Source: a virus (lineage: Duplodnaviria; Caudoviricetes). From it: DNA of 64,000 bases. The stretch is from IMG/VR virus record IMGVR_UViG_3300042569_002957, positions 7,173 to 71,172 of that record; one strand, written 5' to 3'. Positions 56,381 through 64,000 of the stretch are shown here, piece after piece; position 1 is the stretch's first letter; each line of letters begins with the position of its first letter. The position numbers and the translations under genes were made by a program. The notes under the pieces were generated by a model. The model had not been told where the DNA came from. It ran no database searches and saw only the letters and a program-made list of their open reading frames with translations.

Positions 56381-56970
56381 TCACCAAAGGTTGATCCAGA
56401 GAATCTCCATGGCTTCCAGCCTGAGGTTTCCCATAGGCGGAAAGCAAAGGTAAGATTCTTTTCTGGGTCAAACATGTCATTTGGATGAGACCAACCCATG
56501 TCAGATAACCACTTAGTGTGGATCTGATTTATCTGGGTAAGGCCTCCATCTGCACCATTCCATGCGTCAGCCTGACATCTGCTCTCACGATAGATAACCT
56601 GTTGAAGGTGTTTCCACTCTTCTTCAGGCCAGCCAACTGAGATAGCAAGATCGTGCCATTCGCCACACTTGCCATGTTGCTCTCTTGCGAGAGCTGTCCA
56701 ATCAACGCCAGATAAATCAGGCATTGTTGTAGTTGGTGCTGAAGTAGTTTCAGGAACAGGAACCGTTGTAACAACTGGAACAGTTGTAGTGACAGTTACT
56801 GTTATTGGTGGTTGAACACTCTGCTCTTTGTTGCCACAAGATGTCAACAGAGTTACGAGTATTAAACCTAAAACGCATAAAGAAACAATAAGAGTAGTCT
56901 TATCATTCTTTAATTGCTTGATTATGTTAATGAACCTAAATTGCATTGGTTCGCTCCTTTCGGTAAGCAC
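56377..56970 (-). CDS. Lipoprotein lytic transglycosylase (SLT domain)
   Basis: Lipobox LLTSC, Thr/Pro linker; VIYRESRC, GGLTQIN, PEKNL, GWKPW. Confidence 0.85.
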   Translation of the reverse strand: MLTERSEPMQFRFINIIKQLKNDKTTLIVSLCVLGLILVTLLTSCGNKEQSVQPPITVTVTTTVPVVTTVPVPETTSAPTTTMPDLSGVDWTALAREQHGKCGEWHDLAISVGWPEEEWKHLQQVIYRESRCQADAWNGADGGLTQINQIHTKWLSDMGWSHPNDMFDPEKNLTFAFRLWETSGWKPWRFSGSTFGD

Positions 56971-57149
56971 TCCTCGGAATTTCCAAGTAGTGTATATCGC
57001 AGGTTGCGAAACAAGGACTACATGCCTAGTTATGGCAGCGGTAAGTTTTTCCTCATTTCACAAGTTGCCTTGCTACATGTGGGAATTAGTATCCCGTGCC
57101 CGTGAGGGGCATGTACTTAGTATAGCATATTTGGTGGTGTAACAATGGT

Positions 57150-57311
57150 TTATTCAGTGGTTTTCTCCTTGTTAGGATCCACTGCATTCTGCTCCCGAAG
57201 AGCACGAACTTCGTTCGTTAAGTCTTCGAGCCTGTTGGAGATTAATAATATAGATTTAAGAAGATTAGTGAAATCCTGCTTAAAACCATTTGTCATAAAA
57301 TAATCTGACAT
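57150..57311 (-). CDS. Small hypothetical protein (53 aa, not in ORF track)
   Basis: GGAGG RBS; MSDYFMTNG... Confidence 0.5.
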   Translation of the reverse strand: MSDYFMTNGFKQDFTNLLKSILLISNRLEDLTNEVRALREQNAVDPNKEKTTE

Positions 57312-57447
57312 GTTAACCTCCGTAAGAATGGATCGGTTTCAATGAGTGGCATAAGGGTTCCGCCCGCTTATGCGCAGCCACTCCTGCTTACCGTCTTATT
57401 TAGACGATAAGACATATAGTACCGTTTTTATTGACTAAGTGCTAATT

Positions 57448-57666
57448 TCAACGTAGATTTATATCTTCAGTAGTGTCAATAGACACAGCTGGAGATAGTA
57501 TTAGATAAGTACCATGTTTGACTTTTTTAAATCTATCAGAGTTATTTCTGATAAATGTTAAAAGAGTAGGAAGGGTACAACCGGTTGCTAAAGCTAGCGA
57601 CTTAGTTGTAACTGTTCCTCCTACTATGGTATCAATATATGCCTGTATGTTGTGTTGCTTTGTCAT
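57448..57666 (-). CDS. Small HTH-like hypothetical protein
   Basis: TVTTKSLALATGCTLPTLLTFI...HGTY; GAGG RBS. Confidence 0.55.
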   Translation of the reverse strand: MTKQHNIQAYIDTIVGGTVTTKSLALATGCTLPTLLTFIRNNSDRFKKVKHGTYLILSPAVSIDTTEDINLR

Positions 57667-57825
57667 GATTACCTCATTTTTTCATATATAAAGTTATATA
57701 TTTTATGAACATAAAAAAAGAATAAACGTAATAATAATGCAATAACGCAACATGTTGGTTACAAACCTATATAATATTATGTATGTAAATGGTTCAACAT
57801 GTATAAATTTGTATGTACAACATTT

Positions 57826-58074
57826 TTAAGATTTTTTCAAAGGGTTGCCATGGGCAATGCAGAGCATTTCAAATAATTTAATGGTTGATAATTGAGCTGC
57901 ATTTATGGATGACAATACTTCATAGAATTGGTTTCTAAAATTGTCTGAGTGTTCTTCTTGACTTGAAAAGTCTAAGAGGTGAACAGTGTCAGTTAAGGTT
58001 TTAGAAAAGTCCATTAATTTGTTGACAGCTTTATAGATGTCAGCTTCAGATTCCATAAGGGTTAAGTCATTCAT
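57826..58074 (-). CDS. Hypothetical helical protein
   Basis: AAGGAAA RBS. Confidence 0.6.
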   Translation of the reverse strand: MNDLTLMESEADIYKAVNKLMDFSKTLTDTVHLLDFSSQEEHSDNFRNQFYEVLSSINAAQLSTIKLFEMLCIAHGNPLKKS

Positions 58075-58116
58075 AATTTTCCTTTCAGTCCATTGTTATT
58101 TATGAACTGAATAATG

Positions 58117-58223
58117 CTAATTAGTTCCCGCTTGGAAACCAAAGCAGTGTAGTTAAAAGGAGGCTAAACTTTCACTGCGAGCTTTATATGGGGGGCAAGT
58201 AAAGCTCACGGGAAACTAACTAA
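58117..58223 (-). ncRNA. Candidate multibranch small RNA
   Basis: Closing stem (TTAGTT-TCCCG/CGGGAACTAA) encloses three hairpins; intergenic. Confidence 0.4.
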
Positions 58224-58310
58224 CTCTTTTGATGCTAATCCTAAGACTAGCATACGATTGATAATAGGGTTATTTGGTTGTGATGAAATTTGAATATTTC
58301 ATATTTTTTC

Positions 58311-58598
58311 TTATACAATAGCCTGGTCATATGCCTGGGCTAAATTGTTAAGTGGATTGACGCAATCATGAGATACAATCAGTACGTCATGATTAGCTTG
58401 TTCTGGAGGGCATTCCATACATTCCGATGGAATGATGTTATGCTGTGGTATTTCTACGTATAAAGCTAGGACACAGTCGTAGACTGGATGATCATTAGGC
58501 AAGTTAAACTTGTCTACTTCTTTCATCCATTCACGGATGTCTCCTAGTCTTACTTCTTTGCCGTTTTCAACGGCTATGTCTAGATGTATGATTGTCAT
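58311..58598 (-). CDS. Hypothetical protein
   Basis: Starts 4 nt after tRNA-Arg; CMEC...HDC. Confidence 0.6.
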   Translation of the reverse strand: MTIIHLDIAVENGKEVRLGDIREWMKEVDKFNLPNDHPVYDCVLALYVEIPQHNIIPSECMECPPEQANHDVLIVSHDCVNPLNNLAQAYDQAIV

Positions 58599-58601
58599 AA
58601 G

Positions 58602-58675
58602 CGCTCCCGGTACGATTCGAACGTACGACCTGCGGATTAGAAGTCCGATGCTCTATCCTGCTGAGCTACGGAAGC
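58602..58675 (-). tRNA. tRNA-Arg(TCT)
   Basis: GCTTCCG acceptor; CGGA-CT-TCT-AA-TCCG; GTTCGAAT T-loop. Confidence 0.95.
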
Positions 58676-58691
58676 ATTGGACTACAGTATA

Positions 58692-58982
58692 TCAGATAGG
58701 GTCGATAACCTGAAGGTCATCGGAACCAATATCTTCCATACTTTGTTCAATCCAGTTATTCAGGTCGATTACGTTGTCTTTGCGGGCACCATAGCAGGTG
58801 TCGCAAATAAGAATACGACCATAGTCGCCATCATGTTCTGAACCATATCCGGCATTAAGCTTAAAGCTAATGCCTTCTTTGACGTCTTCCCATGGGTCAT
58901 AGTGAGGTTCAGTATTTAGGCCTTCAGGCCATTGTTGTTGGAGTTGCTTGTTGCAGATAAAACATACTGTTTTATTAGGCAT
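58692..58982 (-). CDS. Zinc-binding hypothetical protein
   Basis: CFIC...GYGSEHDG...ICDTC. Confidence 0.65.
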   Translation of the reverse strand: MPNKTVCFICNKQLQQQWPEGLNTEPHYDPWEDVKEGISFKLNAGYGSEHDGDYGRILICDTCYGARKDNVIDLNNWIEQSMEDIGSDDLQVIDPI

Positions 58983-58986
58983 TATA

Positions 58987-59226
58987 TTACTCCTTTTCAG
59001 GGAACATTTCGTCCCAGCATTCAGGGTGAATGCCAGTTTGAATGAGTTCTCGTTGTTGATAATCTAAGTTAGGGAAAGCATTTTGAATGAGTTCTTTATT
59101 ACGCCAGTTGGCTAAAGCGACCGCATCCAAAATTATTTCATTAGTTTGATTACAGTGTATGCAGGTATTCCTAATGGTAACCTGGTTAACAATGGAATCA
59201 GTAGATGAGAGATTGAATGTCTTCAT
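58987..59226 (-). CDS. Hypothetical phage protein
   Basis: CIHC...LIQNAFP.L...QRELIQTGIHPECW. Confidence 0.7.
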   Translation of the reverse strand: MKTFNLSSTDSIVNQVTIRNTCIHCNQTNEIILDAVALANWRNKELIQNAFPNLDYQQRELIQTGIHPECWDEMFPEKE

Positions 59227-59471
59227 TAGTTATGTGCCGAGATTCTATCTCTTTGACTGATGAGTGCTTTTAGATTATTGATGAATTCGCTAAGCTGTTC
59301 ATCTGTACGAAGAAAGTAGTTAGATTCACCTTGAATGGTTTCAATCTTCAAGACGTGAAAATTTAAGTTTTCAGTCTCAATACCATCTTTATCTATAACG
59401 TAGTGTGTATCGATGGATATCTTTGGGATTTCCCCAGTGTTAAGATGATAGCTTGTATTGATACTAGGCAT
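59226..59471 (-). CDS. Hypothetical protein
   Basis: GGAGG RBS. Confidence 0.6.
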   Translation of the reverse strand: MPSINTSYHLNTGEIPKISIDTHYVIDKDGIETENLNFHVLKIETIQGESNYFLRTDEQLSEFINNLKALISQRDRISAHN

Positions 59472-59615
59472 GGGATGCCTCCTTAGTTTTAGGGGTTTTT
59501 AAGTATGAGCATTCTTGATTATCCCTGGTGGGAGAGTGTCTGATATCGCAGTTGACGCAGCGATAATCATCCTCGTTAAGAATGACCCATACATGGGTGT
59601 TATTTTGTGTCATAG

Positions 59616-59945
59616 TTATTCTTTGTTTTTACTGCGAAACTGCTTGAGTGAATCGAGCATAGCTGGTGTAAGATCGCGGTATCCCACGATCATAAGACCA
59701 CCATATTGTTCTTCAAGCATTTGTTCGCAGTCTTGGAGAGTTCCTTCGTATAAGACGAAGTCATCAGCAAAATCCGCGACAAAGTATTGTCTCATATTAT
59801 GCTCCTTAATTATCGTTCTAGTACGATCATATGTTAGACGATACTTCCGGGAAATATTTATAATAGATTTCCCAGAAATATAGTCTTGAAACATAGAATG
59901 GTTACGGTGTACTTTACTGACTAAAGTTGAACCAGTAATGCGCAC
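59616..59945 (-). CDS. Hypothetical protein (HTH-like N-terminus)
   Basis: GTG start; GKSIINISRKYRLTYDRTRTII. Confidence 0.55.
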   Translation of the reverse strand: MRITGSTLVSKVHRNHSMFQDYISGKSIINISRKYRLTYDRTRTIIKEHNMRQYFVADFADDFVLYEGTLQDCEQMLEEQYGGLMIVGYRDLTPAMLDSLKQFRSKNKE

Positions 59946-59947
59946 TA

Positions 59948-60166
59948 TTAGTCTCCTACGTACGACCAGAGGGAGCCATATTGCTCAGCAGCAAAGTCAT
60001 ACATTACCTTGGTAATGATTCCTGCTTGCAGAGCTAGGCCCCAGTAGGTAGCACGGGAGTTATAAAAGTACGCAACAGGTTCGTTGGTTTGGGCCCAAGT
60101 ATCAACAAGATCCTTGGTTTCCTGGAAATAAGTTTTTTGTTCAAGTGATAGTTTTTGAGTGATCAT
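59948..60166 (-). CDS. Hypothetical protein
   Basis: ATGA overlap. Confidence 0.6.
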   Translation of the reverse strand: MITQKLSLEQKTYFQETKDLVDTWAQTNEPVAYFYNSRATYWGLALQAGIITKVMYDFAAEQYGSLWSYVGD

Positions 60167-60486
60167 TCGTCTTCGTCTCCTTCAAGTAAACTTGCGATGT
60201 CTAAGCCTGAATCCATGCTTTCGAACATGTTGTAAGTTGTATTCATAACGGACTTCATCATATTCTGGATACCGTCCATTTGAAGTTTGACAACTTCTTC
60301 TGGAGTTTCCATAGAAAACATTTTGTAGCCCCAAGAAGTATAAATAGCTGTCATGGGGATTTCAACGCCTTCTTCAGGTTCGTAGGTATCCCTTCTCATC
60401 ATAGTGATGAAAGCGGGGTTGAGTTCGACCTTGTCCCCATCGGGGTCGGTCAGTGTAATAAAGTTAACCATATTGTTTTGTGACAT
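60163..60486 (-). CDS. Hypothetical protein
   Basis: AAGGAG RBS; FITLT...KVELNPAFI pattern. Confidence 0.65.
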   Translation of the reverse strand: MSQNNMVNFITLTDPDGDKVELNPAFITMMRRDTYEPEEGVEIPMTAIYTSWGYKMFSMETPEEVVKLQMDGIQNMMKSVMNTTYNMFESMDSGLDIASLLEGDEDE

Positions 60487-60495
60487 AGTTGCTCC

Positions 60496-60720
60496 TTATT
60501 CAGATAAGTAGTTGTCGGCGGGAAAAATAATATTTTCACAGGGTGTGTAGTTACATAGAACTTTATATGGAAGTTCATGATTCTCCTCAAAGTAGGAGAT
60601 ATTAACTCGGGCGTAATGAGAGTAGCGTTCTGCACATGCCCATGAGCAGAAACGCATGATGATAGGTGTCTGCCTTCCTGTCAAAGGAAGTTTGACATAC
60701 TCTATACAGAGTGTGGACAT
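60496..60720 (-). CDS. Hypothetical protein
   Basis: FCSWACA motif; GAAAGGA RBS. Confidence 0.55.
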   Translation of the reverse strand: MSTLCIEYVKLPLTGRQTPIIMRFCSWACAERYSHYARVNISYFEENHELPYKVLCNYTPCENIIFPADNYLSE

Positions 60721-61028
60721 AATCTATCCTTTCGGGATATAAAGATAAAGCCGGTCGATTTTTAGCAAATCGCCGGCAATACAATTTTTTAATCTGGTTA
60801 TATAGAGAGAGAGTATAAGATAAGTAATATCTTTTTCTTGTATAGACTATGTAAGTAGGTAATCATAATATGATTTCCTGATGTGCAGAGGGGGGTAAGT
60901 ATACCCTAATATAATGGGTTCCCCCTAGAGATGGGGTGGTATCACTTGTTTGTCCAACAATTTTACCAGGAGTTGTAGTAGGGACACCACCTGAACCCTA
61001 CCACAACTACCCAGTGAGTAGGTGAATC

Positions 61029-61244
61029 CTACACTGATAGCTCAACGTTGTACAGGCGTTTGAAGTCTCTTCTCATTGGATGGAGTGCGGATTCCGTACC
61101 ATGAGTTGTATACATAGGCCCTAGTATTGTGGAGGGAGGGTAGATACTATAGGACCCGGACTTCTTACGTTCTACTATGAAGCCTAGTCTATCGAGTTCT
61201 CTCAAGACTTTCTTCATGGAAGATGATTGATGCTGCTTAGGCAT
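61029..61244 (-). CDS. HicA-like (dsRBD fold) small protein
   Basis: KKVLRELDRLGFIVERKKSGSYSIYPP; Tyr at the usual His position; AAGGAG RBS. Confidence 0.45.
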   Translation of the reverse strand: MPKQHQSSSMKKVLRELDRLGFIVERKKSGSYSIYPPSTILGPMYTTHGTESALHPMRRDFKRLYNVELSV

Positions 61245-61574
61245 CTTGTACTCCTTTATGAGTTTCTGAGTGGGATTTCCTTGCTGGGATCTAGTATATC
61301 ATAGGTTATCCAGCGTTTACAACGTGAGATGATGATATTTTTTGGAATAAGTTTGGGAGTTTCATTGTTATATGCCGGCGAAAAACAAACGAGTATATTG
61401 ATATACTCTCTATATGATTTTCTTATAATGACATATAATATGAAATCCTGCTCACAGCCTTAGGCCTATTCGTAAAAAATAAATTTTTACTCAATAGCCC
61501 TTTATCAGGACTGCTGCGCTGGTTCTTATTCTGGTCCCCCCCCGCTTCGCGGGGCCCCCCCAGGTTCTATTTGT

Positions 61575-61627
61575 AAAAATAAAAGCAACCCAGTAGGTAC
61601 AGCCCGACGCCATACCTACTGAGTTAC
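61575..61627 (-). terminator. Long terminator hairpin
   Basis: GTAACTCAGTAGGTATGGC-GTCGG-GCTGTACCTACTGGGTTGC then TTTTATTTTT. Confidence 0.8.
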
Positions 61628-61874
61628 CGATCTTAACTGTTTTGTATGAACTAAATTTTTTTTATTAGAAAGGTGTTTGCGCCACGAGTCTTACGTGGAT
61701 ATGCGCATTCAACTCGAAATTGTTGAATACAGCTGACAAATTTGCCGATCAGCTTCCGCAAACAAGACTTTCCCGCAGGCTACTGCTGTCACAGTAGACA
61801 TTACACATGACAGTGTGCAACATCAATCCACGGTTCCACTTTAGTGTCCCTAGTTATGTGTTACCTGCAGTACT

Positions 61875-62008
61875 CGGCGGAGCTTAGAGGAATCGAACCT
61901 CTCTGAAATGGTTTTGCACGAAGACAAGATGTCCATAATATACAATGTGATCTAAAGATTAGATTTTTGCATTATGCGTTATACCAAATACTTGTAACCA
62001 TTAGCCCC
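61875..62008 (-). ncRNA. tRNA-like element (canonical T-arm plus acceptor 3' strand; no D-arm)
   Basis: 61918-61878 reads U33-GCA-AA-ACCAT-TTCAG-AGAGG-TTCGATT-CCTCT-AAGCTCC-G with exact tRNA spacing; possible 5' partner GGGGCTA-ATGGTT at 62008. Confidence 0.4.
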
Positions 62009-62253
62009 AAGGGGGTGGTATATTGGTAGCCATGTGGCTCGCATATACCAGACGAGACATAGTAAGCAGGTCGCTACCAATCCTGACGCTTCACTAAAGA
62101 CAAGCGCAGCCTATCTGATCTATTATTGCTCGGATACTTTTTCAATCAGACTTTACTAGAGTATCGTAACTTGCTCCATTCGGGATACCTTCTCTGCAAG
62201 TTAGATAGGGTAAACCTCCGTTTTGTTTAGCAGAACGGAGAAACTGCTTGTAA

Positions 62254-63276
62254 TCAGAAGGGTAGATCGTCTGATTTGGTTGAGGATGTTACTCCGACAG
62301 TGGTGTCAGAAGTGTTAGCCTTGGCTGAGTTTGACCAGAGATCAACTTCAACTTCGGAACCTTCTACTACCATTGTAAAGCGTCCACAAGGGGCATTTAC
62401 TGGATCCCAGATGTTCTGGATATCTTTCTTGCCATTAGGAAGGACAACAATACGCTGTTGAGCGCCAGCCCAGTTGCTAGCCCATTGACGGCTCATGTCC
62501 ATCAAAAGCTTGGACTGATCACGTACAGCTTGTGTCTTTTCCTGTGTCCAGTTCTTGGATTCAGCAATGGTGACATCCAGCAGTTTGCTTTCTTTGCGAA
62601 GGCGAACAACACGCTGGAAGTTGTCAATGATTGAATCGACGAGGTTCTGGAAACCTTGTTCGGTACGGCTCTTGCTACGGTCAACTGAACCGATTTCAAA
62701 AGCAGTAACAGGAACGCCAGCATCATGCTGATACGCAGCTTGAATACGACCTGGATTGTTCATCTGACCGATGACATCCTTTGCTCCAGCCAACTTGAAT
62801 GCTTCCAAAGCGTGCTTGAAGCCATCAATATTGGCTCCGAACTGCTGGAAGAAGAATGGCATGCCACCTTCAAGATCCATACCAATCTTGCGAGCAGTAT
62901 CGAGGAACTGTTCACGAGTGATTTTGGCGGAACCTGAGTTGACAACAGTGTGAAGCAAGTCAATGATGTTCATCTTTTGACCGTCAACGGTGACGAAGAT
63001 GTCCATTTTGACAGGGCGCATAATGCCAGTAACAAGATTATATGGCTTGTTAGTGTTTGGTGAAGTCTGCTCAAGAAGAGTCAAACGGGTAAGACGTGCG
63101 TCATGAAGAACAGCACTTGCTGGAACTTCAATTCCGTTGATTGTGGCCTTGAAACTGATTTCGCGTCCTTGGCGAAGAGTCGTAGTGCGACCCGTGGACT
63201 CAAACATTTCAGGTGTCTCAGCAATTGCCGAGAACAAATCCATATTGAGGCCTAAATTTTCCATATTGATAGTCAT
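62254..63276 (-). CDS. Hypothetical protein ending in an SSB-like acidic tip (DDLPF)
   Basis: Long ORF; start placed at MTINMEN (AAAGGAA RBS); C-terminus SSTKSDDLPF. Confidence 0.7.
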   Translation of the reverse strand: MTINMENLGLNMDLFSAIAETPEMFESTGRTTTLRQGREISFKATINGIEVPASAVLHDARLTRLTLLEQTSPNTNKPYNLVTGIMRPVKMDIFVTVDGQKMNIIDLLHTVVNSGSAKITREQFLDTARKIGMDLEGGMPFFFQQFGANIDGFKHALEAFKLAGAKDVIGQMNNPGRIQAAYQHDAGVPVTAFEIGSVDRSKSRTEQGFQNLVDSIIDNFQRVVRLRKESKLLDVTIAESKNWTQEKTQAVRDQSKLLMDMSRQWASNWAGAQQRIVVLPNGKKDIQNIWDPVNAPCGRFTMVVEGSEVEVDLWSNSAKANTSDTTVGVTSSTKSDDLPF

Positions 63277-63377
63277 AAGTGTAGTGATTCCTTTGTTCTT
63301 TTCAGTGATTCCATGGTTTATTAGCAAAGTTGTAGGGAAAGGGTCTGTTATAGACCCAATCCCCACTTTGTTTGGTG

Positions 63378-63530
63378 TCAACTAGGGCTGTTAGTGCCTT
63401 GGTTGAAGCCAGCTTGGAACTGCTCTTTGACAGAGACGATTCCATTCTTGGTCTTTGTAGGTGCTGCTTTGGTAGCACTGAACAATTTGCCAGTGATTTT
63501 ACCAGTTGTTTTTGCAAGGTTGATTTTCAT
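63378..63530 (-). CDS. Small basic protein (50 aa, not in ORF track)
   Basis: GGAGG RBS; MKINLAKTTGKITGK... Confidence 0.55.
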   Translation of the reverse strand: MKINLAKTTGKITGKLFSATKAAPTKTKNGIVSVKEQFQAGFNQGTNSPS

Positions 63531-63635
63531 TGTGTGTTTCCTCCGAAGATAGAGTCGATTATGTCAAATATCCAGTCAAATATAAAGTCAAACATTATTC
63601 ACCCCATTTTGTTGGAAGTAAACAATGTTTAAGCG

Positions 63636-63824
63636 TCATGCATTGACCTTTTGCCTGTTTTCATAGTGGTTGATTAGCTTTTGAAATTCTGGACTTGGCT
63701 TATAATCCAGTGTTGGTTTACTCGCAACTTCTTTTCTAAATTCACGGATGAATCCATAGATAAATCCAGCAGTCCAGATTGTTGCGTATATTGCCAAAAG
63801 TGTTTTGATTGGGTTAATTTTCAT
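63636..63824 (-). CDS. Small membrane-anchored protein
   Basis: N-terminal TM helix. Confidence 0.6.
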   Translation of the reverse strand: MKINPIKTLLAIYATIWTAGFIYGFIREFRKEVASKPTLDYKPSPEFQKLINHYENRQKVNA

Positions 63825-64000
63825 ATTTATGTTTTACCGGCTTTTCTTCCCAAAAGGAATATTTGAGTTGTTCAAGATTTTCTTTTGCAATTTTAATTTT
63901 TTCTATGTATTCATGGTATTCGTATGACCTGTGTGGATTGCCAACGCTTTTACCATCTACTCGAATTTCTTTAGTGATTGCTTTGTGAAGTAATTTTGTT

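Noticed and set aside
56971-57110. c-di-AMP (ydaO) riboswitch before the transglycosylases
   Set aside because: The long leader lacks the ydaO consensus; the GAAAGGAG is just the RBS.
61875-62253. Full-length tmRNA or group I intron-containing tRNA
   Set aside because: Only about 130 nt between the putative acceptor strands, no tag ORF, G73 instead of A73, and no recognisable group I P7/S core.
63372-63632. + strand 86-aa ORF and - strand 63302-63517 ORF
   Set aside because: They conflict with a co-oriented 50-aa ORF (63378-63530) that has a GGAGG RBS.
1-64000. Stop-codon reassignment (alternative genetic code)
   Set aside because: Long conserved genes are intact under code 11, with TAA, TAG and TGA all used as stops; no suppressor tRNA seen.

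Overview
A 64-kb slice of a large, AT-rich, tailed dsDNA phage (Caudoviricetes). The host is most likely an actinobacterium, judged from a WhiB-family regulator and DUF732-like lipoproteins. All calls come from motif recognition by eye; no database search was run. Positions 1-20,005 are mostly + strand. They hold sugar-nucleotide genes, two HiPIP-like proteins, a large surface protein, a GT2, a collagen-like fibre, Gly-rich virion proteins (one with a His/Pro repeat insert) and an operon of three 2OG-Fe(II) oxygenases, a methyltransferase-like protein and a flavin halogenase. Positions 20,090-64,000 are all - strand. They hold many small ORFs, WhiB, UDG, SSB, an SF2 helicase, two lytic transglycosylases, an M50 protease and six tRNAs (Asn-GTT, Ile-TAT, Thr-TGT, CAT, Leu-TAA, Arg-TCT). 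Two things stand out. (1) An apparently complete phage-encoded ubiquitin-like conjugation locus at 29.9-41.3 kb: a Ubl ending in KG, a ThiF/E1, a JAB/JAMM peptidase, three divergent E2-fold proteins that keep the PN..G..C signature, and an AAA+ ATPase. (2) An 848-aa protein with the motif order of single-subunit two-barrel (YonO/QDE-1-like) RNA polymerases. There are also candidate phage promoter motifs and several structured non-coding RNA candidates at 57-62 kb.
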